DNA of 64,000 bases from Eledone cirrhosa (GCA_964016885.1 CAXHJY010000001.1:372001-436000); one strand, 5' to 3'. Shown: positions 23,626 to 35,358, counted from the stretch's first letter. Numbers and translations are program-made. The notes: a model not told the origin generated them from the sequence alone.

Positions 23626-23932
23626 GTTAATTTTACTGATGTAGTATTAACTTGGATATTTACCATGCGACCCTCAGCTCCTACCTCACAATTTCCCTCC
23701 CCCCCCACCCCCACACACCACCATAGTCTATTCGACCAATCAAACCTAGCATGCCATTTCCACTGCTGCTGCTGCTGCTACTACCTGCCTAACTAACTCT
23801 CTCCTCCTCTGGCGCATCCCAACACACCCTGCCATTACCCCACCACCACTGTCCTTCTAGCCCTCAATTTTCCCACCGTTAGGGATGGATGAGCTGGGAA
23901 TACACGAGCAACTCTGAATCAATAGATGAAAT

Positions 23933-26900
23933 ATGAATCTGCGAGCTACCAAGCACCCACGTGAAGCGCCAACCCAGAGACCCTCCCCTACGAGTGTCGA
24001 CAAATGCCCAAAACTCCGAGTTGGTACCATCAATGTAGGCTCAATGAAAGGAAGAGCAGGAGAAATCGTAGAAATGCTAGAGCGAAAGGAAGTTGATGTA
24101 TGCTGTGTGCAAGAGACTAGATGGAGAGGAGGGTCTGCTAGAGTCCTTGTAGGAAAAAGCCAGTGCTACAAATTTTTCTGGGTGGGAAATGACGATGGGA
24201 TGGGTGGTGTAGGTATACTATTAGCTGACAAGTGGGTAGATAAAGTAATCTCAGTGTACAGGGTAAATGCAAGAATCATTAAACTCAGACTAGTCCTGAA
24301 TAAGACAATTACCACAATAATATCAGCTTACGCACCCCAATCGGGGCTGCCAGACGAACTTAAGGATAGGTTTTACGAGTCCCTAATACACACTACTGCT
24401 CTAACAGACGACAAGGACTTCCTAATCATTGCAGGAGATTTTAACGGACACGTAGGTAAACACTGCGACGGCTTCAATAGAGTACATGGAGGCCATGGAG
24501 TTGGCACAAGGAATGAGGAAGGATTCAGACTTCTAGAATTCTGCGACGCCAATGACATGTCGATATGTAACACAAACTTTAAAAAACCCGACAACCACCT
24601 GATCACCTATAGATCAGGGGAGCACTCTAGTCAGTTAGATTTTATCCTCATCAGAGGACGTGACAGATGGACGGTCGTAAACACAAAAGCCTTCCCTAGT
24701 GAGGAATGTACATCCCAACATAGCTTAGTTGTCAGCGACCTCACGGTCAGAACTAGACGAGCCCTGAAACAGAGGCCAACCTGGAGAAGAAAGATCTGGA
24801 AGCTGAAAGTCCCCTCAACCAGTAACAGATTTAAAGATATTTTACTCAACGCCTACGACAGTAAAGAAGAACAGATAGAGACATTTAACGTAGAAGAGAA
24901 CTGGGAGTTCCTAAAAAATAACTTACTAGAGGCGACGGATGAGGTTTGTGGCTGGAGTAAGACCTCAAGCAGGAGGAGAGTGACTTGGTGGTGGAACAAT
25001 AAGGTAGATGAAGCAGTCAAGGCCAAGAGACAGGCATGGAAAGAATGGAAGAACGGGGGGAGCAGGGTACATTACATAGAGACCAAGAGGGAAGCTAGGC
25101 GACAAGTATACTTAGCTAGGAGGGAAGCAGAGGATAGAAAATTCAAGCATGTTTTACAACGTGAGGACCAGAAACAGGAGGTATTCAAGATTGCGAGGCA
25201 GTGTGTCAGAGATAGTTGTGATGTCATTGGAGAGAAGTGTATCCGGAATGATAAAGGTGAGCTTGCCCTCACAAGTGCTGAGAAGAAAGATGCATGGAAG
25301 AGTCATTATGATAGATTACTAAATGAGGAGAATGCATGGGAAGAAGAGACCCTACCCCACGTAGACCCTATAGAGGGACCAGCAGTACAAGTCAGCGGCA
25401 GCGTAGTAAGTAAGGCAATCAGAGATATGAAGATAGGGAAGGCAACCGGTCCATCGGGTATAGCTGCCGAGATGCTGAAGGCATCTGGGTCTGTAGGTCA
25501 CACTATAACCACACGTATCGTTAACCAGGTAATACTAGAGGGGGCCATACCAAAAGATTGGTGCAGTAGCATCATTGTCAACTGCTACAAAGGTAAAGGC
25601 GATGCACTAGATAGAGGAAACTATAGAGGTATAAAGTTGATGGACCAGGTCATGAAAGTAACAGAAAGAGTTATAGCACAGCTGATTAGGGACCGGGTGA
25701 ATATAGACGAGATGCAATTTGGGTTTGTTCCAGGGAAAGGCACCACTGATGCGCTCTTCCTTGTGAGGCAATTACAGGAAAAGTACCTAGCTAAAAGTAA
25801 GCCACTCTACTTGGCATTTGTCGACCTTGAGAAAGCCTTTGACAGAGTTCCACGTGCAGTAATCTGGTGGGCTCTTAGAAAACTAGGAGTAGATGAATGG
25901 CTTGTGAAAGCGGTACAAGCCATGTATAGGGGAGCAGTCAGCAAAGTTAGGATTGGCAATGAGTATAGCGAGGAATTTAGCGTACAGGTTGGGGTCCACC
26001 AGGGCTCTGTTCTTAGCCCTCTCCTGTTCATCATAGTCCTGCAGGCAATAACGGAGGAGTTTAAGACCGGATGCCCATGGGAACTCCTGTATGCTGATGA
26101 CCTCGCACTCATAGCTGAATCTATGGTAGAACTAGAGAATAAATTCCAAACCTGGAAGCAGGGACTAGAGAGAAAGGGCCTCAAAGTCAACATGACAAAG
26201 ACTAAGGTCCTTATAAGTAGACGAGAAAACAGAACCCAGATCCCCTCAGGGAAATGGCCTTGCTCAGTATGTAGGAAAGGTGTAGGTAGGAACTCCATTC
26301 TTTGCCCCAAATGCAAACAATGGGTACACAAGAGATGTAGCGGGATCTCAGGAAGCTTAATTAAGAATGTAGGATTCACATGCAGCAGCTGTGCTGAAAC
26401 AGCAAGCAAACAGCCACAGGAAACAAGTACCACCAATCTCTGGGAGGGCCCTGTAGAAACAGTAGACAGCTTCTGCTACCTAGGTGACCGAATTAGCAAC
26501 GGAGGTGGGTGCTCAGAAAGTACAATAACTAGGGTAAGAACGGGATGGAAGAAGTTTAGGGAACTACTACCACTGCTAGCTGCAAAAGGCTTCTCCCTCA
26601 GAATGAAAGGCAGACTGTATGATGCGTGTATCCGAACAGCGATGTTGCATGGTAGTGAGACCTGGGCGCTGAAGGTGGAAGACTTACGTAGATTAGAGAG
26701 AAACGAAGCCTGCATGCTCCGATGGATGTGTAACAGTAATATACGTGAACGACAAAGCATAAATGAATTGAGAGAGAGACTGAGCATAAGAGGAATCAAA
26801 TGCTGCGTGCAGGAGAGGCGGTTACGCTGGTATGGACATGTGATGCGTATGAAGGATGACAGCTGCATAAAAAGGTGCAGAGCACTAGAAGTTGATGGAA

Positions 26901-27052
26901 ACCGCGGAGTGGGGAGACCCAAGATGACTTGGGATGAGGTGATAAAAGCCGACCTTACCCAACTACACCTCTCAAAGTCAATGACACACGACCGTGACTT
27001 CTGGCGTCACGCAGTAATACAGGGTACCCGACCTCCCATGGGTACATGCTGA
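23933..27052 (+). CDS. RTE LINE protein: AP endonuclease + RT with an inserted C4HC3 (PHD-type) finger
   Basis: INVGSM, VQETRW, AYAPQ, GDFNGHVG, LDF, SQHSLV. NYRGIKL, QFGF, FVDLEKAFD, GVHQGSVLSP, LLYADD. CSVC-CPKC-HKRC-CSSC. FCYLG, LHGSETW, LRWYGHV. No stops. Confidence 0.96.
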   Translation: MNLRATKHPREAPTQRPSPTSVDKCPKLRVGTINVGSMKGRAGEIVEMLERKEVDVCCVQETRWRGGSARVLVGKSQCYKFFWVGNDDGMGGVGILLADKWVDKVISVYRVNARIIKLRLVLNKTITTIISAYAPQSGLPDELKDRFYESLIHTTALTDDKDFLIIAGDFNGHVGKHCDGFNRVHGGHGVGTRNEEGFRLLEFCDANDMSICNTNFKKPDNHLITYRSGEHSSQLDFILIRGRDRWTVVNTKAFPSEECTSQHSLVVSDLTVRTRRALKQRPTWRRKIWKLKVPSTSNRFKDILLNAYDSKEEQIETFNVEENWEFLKNNLLEATDEVCGWSKTSSRRRVTWWWNNKVDEAVKAKRQAWKEWKNGGSRVHYIETKREARRQVYLARREAEDRKFKHVLQREDQKQEVFKIARQCVRDSCDVIGEKCIRNDKGELALTSAEKKDAWKSHYDRLLNEENAWEEETLPHVDPIEGPAVQVSGSVVSKAIRDMKIGKATGPSGIAAEMLKASGSVGHTITTRIVNQVILEGAIPKDWCSSIIVNCYKGKGDALDRGNYRGIKLMDQVMKVTERVIAQLIRDRVNIDEMQFGFVPGKGTTDALFLVRQLQEKYLAKSKPLYLAFVDLEKAFDRVPRAVIWWALRKLGVDEWLVKAVQAMYRGAVSKVRIGNEYSEEFSVQVGVHQGSVLSPLLFIIVLQAITEEFKTGCPWELLYADDLALIAESMVELENKFQTWKQGLERKGLKVNMTKTKVLISRRENRTQIPSGKWPCSVCRKGVGRNSILCPKCKQWVHKRCSGISGSLIKNVGFTCSSCAETASKQPQETSTTNLWEGPVETVDSFCYLGDRISNGGGCSESTITRVRTGWKKFRELLPLLAAKGFSLRMKGRLYDACIRTAMLHGSETWALKVEDLRRLERNEACMLRWMCNSNIRERQSINELRERLSIRGIKCCVQERRLRWYGHVMRMKDDSCIKRCRALEVDGNRGVGRPKMTWDEVIKADLTQLHLSKSMTHDRDFWRHAVIQGTRPPMGTC

Positions 27053-27348
27053 AGCATATAAACAATATGCCCCCCCCCCCCCACCGCAAGGTGGTCGTGG
27101 AGGTGCCACGGCAAAAAAGCACCCAGCCCACACTGTAAAGTGGACGTGTAGGCGCCACGAAAAAGCACCCAGCACTCACTGTAAATGAGGTTGGTGTTAG
27201 GAAGGGCATCCAGCTGTAGAAATCAAGCCAGATCAGTTCCTGTATGAGCAAGGCATGGTCAGCCGACCAGACACTGCCCACAACAGGACAACCCGTCTAA
27301 CCCATGCTAGCGTGGAAGAACGGACGTAAAACGGTGATGATGATGATG

Positions 27349-29880
27349 ATAGATGTTTGGTTCAGTGTACTGCCTACCAGGTGCAGGTTGGTACATGACG
27401 ACGGTTTTCTTGAGACTGACAGTCAAACCCAGGGCAGTGCAAGCGTCAGAAAATACATTCAAAATGTGCTGCATATCACTCTCTGTGTGCGCTACAAGAT
27501 CGCAATCATCTGCATACAAGAGGTCTCTTATGACTGATGTAAATACTTTTGTCTTCGCAGCAAAGCGCCTGATGTTAAATATGCTGCCTGAGGTTCGATA
27601 TCGGATGTAAACACCATGCTCGCAATTCCTGAATGCAATACAGAAAACCATTGCAAAGTATATGGCAAACAGGGTCGGTGCTGGAATATCCCCCTGTTTC
27701 ACTCCATTTTTTACTGAGATAGGCTCCGACATGTTACCTCCGACATTAACCCAAGCCTTCATGTCGTCATGGAAAGACCTAACTAAAGCAAGGAACTTAT
27801 CAGGGCAACCAAGTTTCTGGAGAACCTTCCATAATGCATCTCTGTTGACAGTATCGAAAGCCTTTGTCAGATCGACAAAAACCTGATACAGATCCAAGCC
27901 CTGTTCAATGCACTTCTCCTGGAGCTGTCTAGCTGAGAAGATCATATCAGTAGTGCCGCGTCCAACACGAAAACCAGATTGACTTTCAGGAAGGACACAA
28001 TCTGCAATGTGTGTCAGCAGACGGTCCAGAAGCACCCTACATAAAACTTTCCCCACAACAGAAAGCAATGATATACCTCTGTAGTTCCCACAATCATTCC
28101 TGTTACCCTTTCCCTTGTACAAGACCACCATTACTGCATCTCTCCAGTCCTCAGGCACGGATTCATTAGCCCATATCCTTCCAAACAGAGAGTGAAGATG
28201 TTGCAGGAGTCTCTCACCACCATATTGTAGGAGCTCAGCATGTATGCCATCCATACCTGGAGATCTTCCACTGTTCAGCTTCGAAATAGCCACTGCAACC
28301 TCCACAAGTGTCGGAGGTTCTGCGAGAGCTACTTTCACAGGACTTTCCGGAATGAGATTGAGGAAATCTTCACTGACGACAGATGGCTGATTCAAAAGAT
28401 CATCAAAGTGCTCTCGCCACCTTCGTAGAATTCCCTGTGAGTCACGAAGAAGTTCTTTGCCATCCTTGCGGCGAATCGGTGTCACCAGAGAAGAAGACGG
28501 TCCATAAACCTCACGCAAGAGACTGTACAACAGCTTTGTGTTATTGCAATCAGACGCAGTTTGTATCTCACCAGCCTTCTCACTCCACCACTGATCCTTC
28601 ATCTGAGAAAGACTCCGCCTAACACGTGATTTTACATCCCTGAGCTCCTCATGCAACGTATTCCTCTCCTGTGGCTTTGCCGTCAAGTAGCGTGACAGAG
28701 CGCGCCTCTTATCAGCCAACAAGTCATCTATATGCACATCTTTCTCATTAAACCAGTCCTGATGTTTTCTCTGCACCAATCCCAGAACACGTCTGCCTAC
28801 ATCATAAACCGACTTTTTAAGGGTCGGCCAATCCTCACCAAGATCTGCAGCCTGCATCTCTTCTTCCAATGTTCTCTTCACATTTTTATCCTTAAGACGA
28901 GCAGCATTCAATCTTTTGGGCAGGGTAACACCAGGAGCCCGGATTTTACGTTTGGTGATTAGATTCACTTTTGCGCGTACCAGGCGGTGGTCCGTCCAGC
29001 ACTCAGCTCCACGAAGAACACGAACACACTGCACATCCTGTCTGTCACGCATCCTGACTAGGACGTAGTCCAAAAGATGCCATTCCCTAGATGCAGGATG
29101 CATCCATGTGGTCTTGAATTTGTTCTTTTGTTGGAACATGGTGTTGGTAACACACAGATCCAGCTCCTCACACATCTGCAGCAAGAGCATACCATTGCTG
29201 TTACACTTTCCCACCCCATGCCTTCCGATTACATTCCATGTGTTAAAATCCCTACCCACTCTAGCATTAAAGTCACCAAGCACGATGACTTTGTCTGCCT
29301 GAGGGATATTTCTTAAAACACCTTTCAAGGCATGGTAAAAGGACAGTTTTTCTTCATCGACAGAATTCATAGTTGGAGCATACACACTCACCAGGGTAGC
29401 ATATCTTCCCTTGTCCAGCGGAACTCTCATGGACATAAGACGCTCACTAATCCCCACTGGGAATTCTTCTAATTTATTCACCAGTACAGTCTTAACAGCA
29501 AATCCTACCCCAGCCTCTCTTCTGGTTCCTTCATCTCTTCCTTTCCAGAAGAATGTATATTCTCCACAAAATTCCGTAAGATGACCATCCCCAGCTAACC
29601 TCGTCTCAGACAAAGCCACGATGTCAAGATCGTAACGTCGAAGCTCCTTTGCAACAAGAGCGGTCCTTCGTTCAGGACGCTCCAAAGAATCCCTGTCAAG
29701 CAGCGTCCGTACGTTCCAGCAGCCAAGACTAAATGCCCTGTTTGGCTCTATTACAATGGCACGATGACGGGCGGGCCCAGGTTGTGATAACTTGGGGCCC
29801 CTGCCCTTATTGCCAATGATCTCTTTTGTTCCAGAACCCAAATTGGCAATTATCTCGTTTACATTGTTCTGGAACATCAT
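27349..29880 (-). CDS. Host RTE ORF, 5' part: AP endonuclease + reverse transcriptase
   Basis: WNVRTL, LSETR, VYAPT, LGDFNARVG, LDY, TDHRLV (APE). NYRGISLL, QSGFR, FVDLTKAFD, GVKQG, LLYADD (RT). Uninterrupted up to the insertion point (..TEPNIY). Confidence 0.95.
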
Positions 29881-29918
29881 TGAATTGGGAAAAAAAAAAA
29901 AAAAAAAAAATAATAATA

Positions 29919-29953
<35 letters not shown>

Positions 29954-30612
29954 ACACTATTAATAATTATTAATGCACTCGTGCAATGCCTGTGCGTGAC
30001 GAATATTTTTAAAGTGAGGAAAGACTGTGCACTGAACCAATCCCACTCTCTGAGCGACAGTAGCTATAACCCGAAAAGAAGAAAAGATCAACATCATCGG
30101 TAACTACTGAGCCGCAGGTTTTATATCGGAGTTAACCCAGTTTCCTGAGATGCCTTCTCCTAGAAGAATACCCTGACATGGGCTAGGGGTTCTTCACTCC
30201 CAGTGGTTTAACTGCGCGATCGGGCATCCAGCCCGATTATTTCTATGTCCCCGCGCAAAAAAAAAAAAAAAAAAAAATAAATTACTTATTGACACTTATA
30301 CGTACGACATACACACACACGCATACATATGCGTGCACACAGCAACACTCACACATACAACAAACACACACACACGCTACTCTACTGACTTACACGCACA
30401 CACACACATATATATATATATATTACCGTCATTACTGATACAAGATTACCAGATTATGTCAACTGTTGACTTTCAAGAGTTTGTATAGTTGAAGCCGATC
30501 GTATTACAGTCCAGTATTACTATAATTGCTTTACAGCATAGAGTTATGGCTCTCCACATACATACATACATACATACATACATACATACATACATACATA
30601 CATACATACATA

Positions 30613-33600
30613 ATATGGCGACCGTTGTGGTCAGTGTCCGATAATCGGACGTGTGTAATTACGGCTTACATGAAGGCAACATACCATATATTGGAAAAAT
30701 TTGAGCTACATTACGCGGTAAGATTACATACAATAATTCTACATAAGTGTTTGAACTGTAAGTGTGTTGTAAAACACCTATTTATATGAACGATACATAC
30801 ACTTATGATATATGAACGATACATACACTTTAACATATAAATGCAACGTTGTTATATTACATTTATAAAGAAATATTACATTTATATAAAACACAGCTGT
30901 AGAATTAAAAACTAACTGAAAAGAAATATTACTCAAGCTGTGAATAACTTTAAATTTGATTCTGACAGAACTTTGTCGTAACTTTTAAAGAAGATCATCG
31001 ACTATTTTGAAAAATAAATACGAAATATTAGTGAATAGACGAACTCATCATGGCAAAAAGTACAAGTCTCCTTCGACCAAATCGCAATTACAACCGTTGT
31101 ATACAGTGGACCTACGAGCTTAACAAAGTATTATATGAAGCATACAAACAATCTGAACCCCAAAAGTTCGGTTTTATGCAAAGGCTAAAAACTTTATGGA
31201 ACTCCAAACACCCAGAATTAGACTTTTCTCCAAAGCATTTAAATGAACACGCAAAACGTATCATTAGATGTAAATTGATACATCTAACGGAATCGAGTGA
31301 TACTACAAATACAGCCCTTGTAGACAACCACCCCACCTCCACTGACAGACAAAGGGAATGGCCAGCTAAATCTAACAGTGAACAGCTCACCAACAATTTT
31401 GCTGAAATTCATCCCACTTCCACTGAAGAACAGCGAGAAAGGTCAGCTGACTCTAGTAGTAATTGTCACCACATCAACAACGAGGCTGAAATTCATGACT
31501 CTACTGAACAAACAGAGCACCAAAAACTTGTGGGCTCCCTACAAGTGATATGGAATGATATGTTTCAAGAGATACACAGCCTTAATGTGAGTGACAGACC
31601 ATACAACACTAGAGTCAGTAAAGAACCCACTAAATTGGAATTGGAAGCGGTGAACGAAATAGCTGGCAATTATCTGAAGGCTATACGATCTAAAGGTGTA
31701 GAAACGACATTTGAAACGCTTAATGTTTTGTTATATGTTTCAGCTGTCACATTGCTAGCATATAACACACATCTAAAACCACGCAATCAAGATACAAACA
31801 GAAAGCCTGAACCAGCGTGGATGCGAAATTTAGAAACCAAAATTTTGTCCCTGAGACGAAGTATCTCACACATCGCAGTCGTTATGAAATGCAACATAGA
31901 GAGCAACTTCACACAACACCAGGAAGACCTAAAGAAAAAGTTAGAGAGAAGATTTGGAGATACAAAATTTAAAACTTTGAACTCCAAATTACACCAGTTG
32001 AAACAACAACTCACAGCTACAACAGAAAGACTAAAATATAAGTCAACAGCACATAAACGACAAGTGCTAAATAGATTGTTTGCCAGAGATCCTAAATCAG
32101 TTTATCGCAGCTTCGGTGGCAAAAGCTCAATCTCTGTAAATGACACCCCTTCAAAAGAACAGGTTGAGAGCTACTGGAGATCTGTATGGGAAACGGATGA
32201 CGGATTCAACAGACAAGCTAATTGGCTAAAAGAACTGGAACAGGACTACTGCCAACATGTCCAGACAAAACAATATGACATAGATGGGTCAATACTGGAA
32301 ACAGCTCTACAGAAAATGTCGAATAGGAAATCGCCAGGCCCAGACCTCATTACAGGATACTGGTTGAAGAATTTCACTTTCTATCGGCAAGATCTCATAC
32401 GGCTGTTTACAGAAACCATTAAGGGCACACAAGAACTGCCCAGATGGTTATCAACTGCCTCTACTCTCCTCATTCCCAAAAATAGCCAAACCACCCTTGC
32501 TAAAAATTACCGCCCAATTGCCTGCCAAAACATCATGTATAAATTATATACTGGGTGCCTTAACCTGTTCTTACAGGATCACTGTGCTACCAACAACATC
32601 ATAACACCTGAGCAAGCTGGTGGAAAGAGGGAGGTGTGGGGTTGCATAGATCACCTACTAACTAACAAAATGATTCAGGAAAAAACAACAAAGAATCGCA
32701 GAAACATGACTGTCGTGTGGCTGGACTATCAAAAAGCATTTGATAGTGTACCACATGGGTGGATTATTAAGGCTTTACAGTTAGCTAAAGTCCCACAACC
32801 ATTGGTAGCTGCTGTTGAACGCCTGACCAAGAACTGGTACACCAGTTTGATCCTTAGAGGTGAGAAGGAGCAGGTTAAGACTGATAAGATACATTACCAG
32901 AAGGGCATCTTTCAGGGTGATAGCTTGTCAGTGCTACTCTTCGTTCTCTCACTGAATCCACTATCTTACCTACTCAGGAAACAAGGTCGACAAAGAAGTG
33001 GGACCAGAAGTATCTCCCATCTTTTCTTTGTTGATGACCTGAAGTTGTATGGGCCAAATATCAATGACATCAAGAAACAATTGGACCTCATTACACAATT
33101 TTCAACAGACATCAAAATGAAATTTGGTGAGTCCAAGTGTGCATATTTGGCAGTAAAACGTGGAAGAGCTGTGCCCTCCTCTAGAAATCTAGAGATGAAC
33201 GGCCTGACAATACAACCTCTGCAGTCAGGTGACAACTACAGATATCTTGGACAGGATGAGAATGTCAGATATGATGGACCCATAAATAAGGAGAGAACCA
33301 GAACTGAATACCTCAGAAGAGTAAAGAAAATATGGTCATCAGAACTGTCAGCATACAACAAATACATTGCCCACAATACTTATGCTGTGCCAATTCTAAC
33401 GCCAACATTTGGCCTACTGAACTGGTCATTGCAAGAACTAAGTGAGATGGATGTTAGAACTCGAAAACTTCTCAGTGTTACTGGGAACTTTAACATCAAT
33501 GGTGATGTGGATAGGCTATACTTCTCACGCAAGGAAGGTGGCCGGGGTCTAAAATCAATATTAACAACATATGAGACCCGGATAGTGATACTGAAGCAAC

Positions 33601-34639
33601 ACCTTCAACAGAGGAAAAAGGTTGGCAACCATCTTGCCCAGGTTTATGACCATGAAAAAAGAAATATCATTAGAATAGCGACTGATCTGGAGGAGAGATA
33701 TGGAATAAAGCCCGATATAAATCTCTCACCCAGAGAAATCGGAAGATCCTATTCAATGTTCAAACAAGAAAAAAAAATTGACCAATTTACAGAAAAAGTT
33801 GTGCATGGATACTTGAGGCGTAAAACACAGACCATAGAGGGGATAAACCACTCAAAAAGCCTGGCATGGAGTTCCGACAAGTTTATGACATCACACCTTG
33901 AGGGATATCTCTATGCAATACAGGAACAAGAACTCCCTACCAAATATCTGCTGCACAAAAGAGGAGGGCCAGCAGCTGACAATAAATGTAGGCTATGTAA
34001 AACAAAGATCGAGGATGTAAGCCACATTGTTGCCAGCTGCGAAAGAATGTCATCTCGCTACTACCTCCCCATGAGACACGATGGGATAGCTAGAACCATC
34101 TGGAACGCACTTCGGAAAACAAAATCAACAACAAACGAGGAAGAATATATTGAGACAGATGGCACTAAGGAATACTGGTGGAACCTGAAAATAAAAACTG
34201 CCACCAAATTAAAGCACAACCGGCCTGATATTGTAGTTTGGGACCACACATTGAAAACGTGTTCTGTTGTGGAGATCAGCTGCCCACTTGATGTAAACGT
34301 TGTCAGAAAAATACAGGAGAAGGAGGACATCTACGGACCATTGATGAGGAGTTTACAAATCCAGTATCCAAGATACACCTTTAGCTTCATACCCATCATT
34401 ATTGGTGCTACGGGTTATATACCAACCCGCTTGGACCAAAGTATGACTGAACTTGGATTTGCGGACAAAAAGCGCAGCTCCCTAATTCATAGTCTACAAA
34501 TGGCTGCGATAGCTGGCACCTTCAAAATTTGCAAAACATTCTTGCGATTCAAGGGATGACAATTTCTTTTCTTTTACAACCTTGCCACCAGGAAGGTGGC
34601 CGGTCAAAAAATATACTCAAAATTAAGAGAAAGAGAAAA
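30613..34639 (+). mobile_element. Apparently full-length R4/Dong-like site-specific non-LTR retrotransposon embedded in (CATA)n
   Basis: (CATA)n at 30557-30612 and from 34640. About 440-bp 5'UTR, a single ORF and an 80-bp 3'UTR. Confidence 0.88.
31050..34559 (+). CDS. RT + CCHC knuckle + restriction-like (PD-D/ExK) endonuclease, 1169 aa, intact
   Basis: KSPGPD, NYRPIAC, WLDYQKAFDSVPH, GIFQGDSLS, HLFFVDDLK, YRYLG, EGGRGL, CRLC..HIVASC, RHD and RPDIVVWD..VVEIS. Confidence 0.95.
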   Translation: MAKSTSLLRPNRNYNRCIQWTYELNKVLYEAYKQSEPQKFGFMQRLKTLWNSKHPELDFSPKHLNEHAKRIIRCKLIHLTESSDTTNTALVDNHPTSTDRQREWPAKSNSEQLTNNFAEIHPTSTEEQRERSADSSSNCHHINNEAEIHDSTEQTEHQKLVGSLQVIWNDMFQEIHSLNVSDRPYNTRVSKEPTKLELEAVNEIAGNYLKAIRSKGVETTFETLNVLLYVSAVTLLAYNTHLKPRNQDTNRKPEPAWMRNLETKILSLRRSISHIAVVMKCNIESNFTQHQEDLKKKLERRFGDTKFKTLNSKLHQLKQQLTATTERLKYKSTAHKRQVLNRLFARDPKSVYRSFGGKSSISVNDTPSKEQVESYWRSVWETDDGFNRQANWLKELEQDYCQHVQTKQYDIDGSILETALQKMSNRKSPGPDLITGYWLKNFTFYRQDLIRLFTETIKGTQELPRWLSTASTLLIPKNSQTTLAKNYRPIACQNIMYKLYTGCLNLFLQDHCATNNIITPEQAGGKREVWGCIDHLLTNKMIQEKTTKNRRNMTVVWLDYQKAFDSVPHGWIIKALQLAKVPQPLVAAVERLTKNWYTSLILRGEKEQVKTDKIHYQKGIFQGDSLSVLLFVLSLNPLSYLLRKQGRQRSGTRSISHLFFVDDLKLYGPNINDIKKQLDLITQFSTDIKMKFGESKCAYLAVKRGRAVPSSRNLEMNGLTIQPLQSGDNYRYLGQDENVRYDGPINKERTRTEYLRRVKKIWSSELSAYNKYIAHNTYAVPILTPTFGLLNWSLQELSEMDVRTRKLLSVTGNFNINGDVDRLYFSRKEGGRGLKSILTTYETRIVILKQHLQQRKKVGNHLAQVYDHEKRNIIRIATDLEERYGIKPDINLSPREIGRSYSMFKQEKKIDQFTEKVVHGYLRRKTQTIEGINHSKSLAWSSDKFMTSHLEGYLYAIQEQELPTKYLLHKRGGPAADNKCRLCKTKIEDVSHIVASCERMSSRYYLPMRHDGIARTIWNALRKTKSTTNEEEYIETDGTKEYWWNLKIKTATKLKHNRPDIVVWDHTLKTCSVVEISCPLDVNVVRKIQEKEDIYGPLMRSLQIQYPRYTFSFIPIIIGATGYIPTRLDQSMTELGFADKKRSSLIHSLQMAAIAGTFKICKTFLRFKG

Positions 34640-34645
34640 CATACA

Positions 34646-34677
<32 letters not shown>

Positions 34678-34828
34678 CATATACATACATATACACACAT
34701 ACATATATACACATACACATACATATATACATATACACATATATACACATATACATATACATACACATATATACATACACATACATACATACATATATAT
34801 ACATACACATACATAGATATACAGATAC

Positions 34829-35105
34829 ATCATCATCATCATCATCATTTCGTATAAGTCCGCTTTTTCCCTGCTTGCAAGGGTGGGACGGGAACTGATT
34901 CTGGCCTGATTTCTACAGCTGGATGCCCTTCCTAACACCAACCTCATTTACAATGAGTGCTGGGTGCTTTTTTGCCGTGGCACCTCCACGACCACTTTGC
35001 AGTGGAATGATATTGACCCCAGTCCCTATCATCTCATTTCTACAGCTGAGTAAACTGGAGCAATGTGAAATAAAGTGTCTTGCCCAAGGAAACAACACAT
35101 CACCC
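34829..35105 (-). mobile_element. 5'-truncated CORE-like/RTE-tail SINE
   Basis: Matches 6361-6620; (GAT)n tail. Confidence 0.82.
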
Positions 35106-35154
35106 ATACATACATATATACATATACATACATACACACATATACATACATATA

Positions 35155-35358
35155 CTCTGGTACAAACACTACACCTGTGACAATTATTGACACATAGTGC
35201 TGGGCCCTTGGTACCATGTGACGACAAGTGCAGGGAGATCTCCAGATATAAAGCAATGCCTGTGCCGTGAAGCAAAGGCACTGCACAAAGCCAGTCCCAC
35301 TCTCTTAACCAAGATGATATTTACCAAAAAGAAGTACCAACCAACTGGTGACCTGACA
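35155..35358 (-). mobile_element. Deleted copy of the bipartite RTE element
   Basis: Matches 20425-20615, joined to the 20895-20912 terminus. Confidence 0.7.

Larger units (their letters stand above)
23092..27348 (+). mobile_element. Apparently full-length, intact RTE-clade LINE (guest element)
   Basis: 5' tandem array, 5'UTR, single 1039-aa ORF, 3'UTR and (GAT)n tail ending at 27348. Confidence 0.93.
21575..30256 (-). mobile_element. RTE/BovB-like LINE (host element), interrupted by the insertion at 23092-27348
   Basis: 5'UTR at about 29880-30256, ORF in two parts, microsatellite-rich 3'UTR, and a terminal motif GGCCATACTCGATAACGAGGGGGCAGCCATC at 21575-21615 that also occurs at 44790-44832. 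Confidence 0.85.

Noticed and set aside
27307-27348. His-rich C-terminus (HHHHHRFTSVLPR) of the 857-aa ORF
   Set aside because: It is the antisense reading of the guest LINE's (GAT)n tail. The true ORF continues at 23091.
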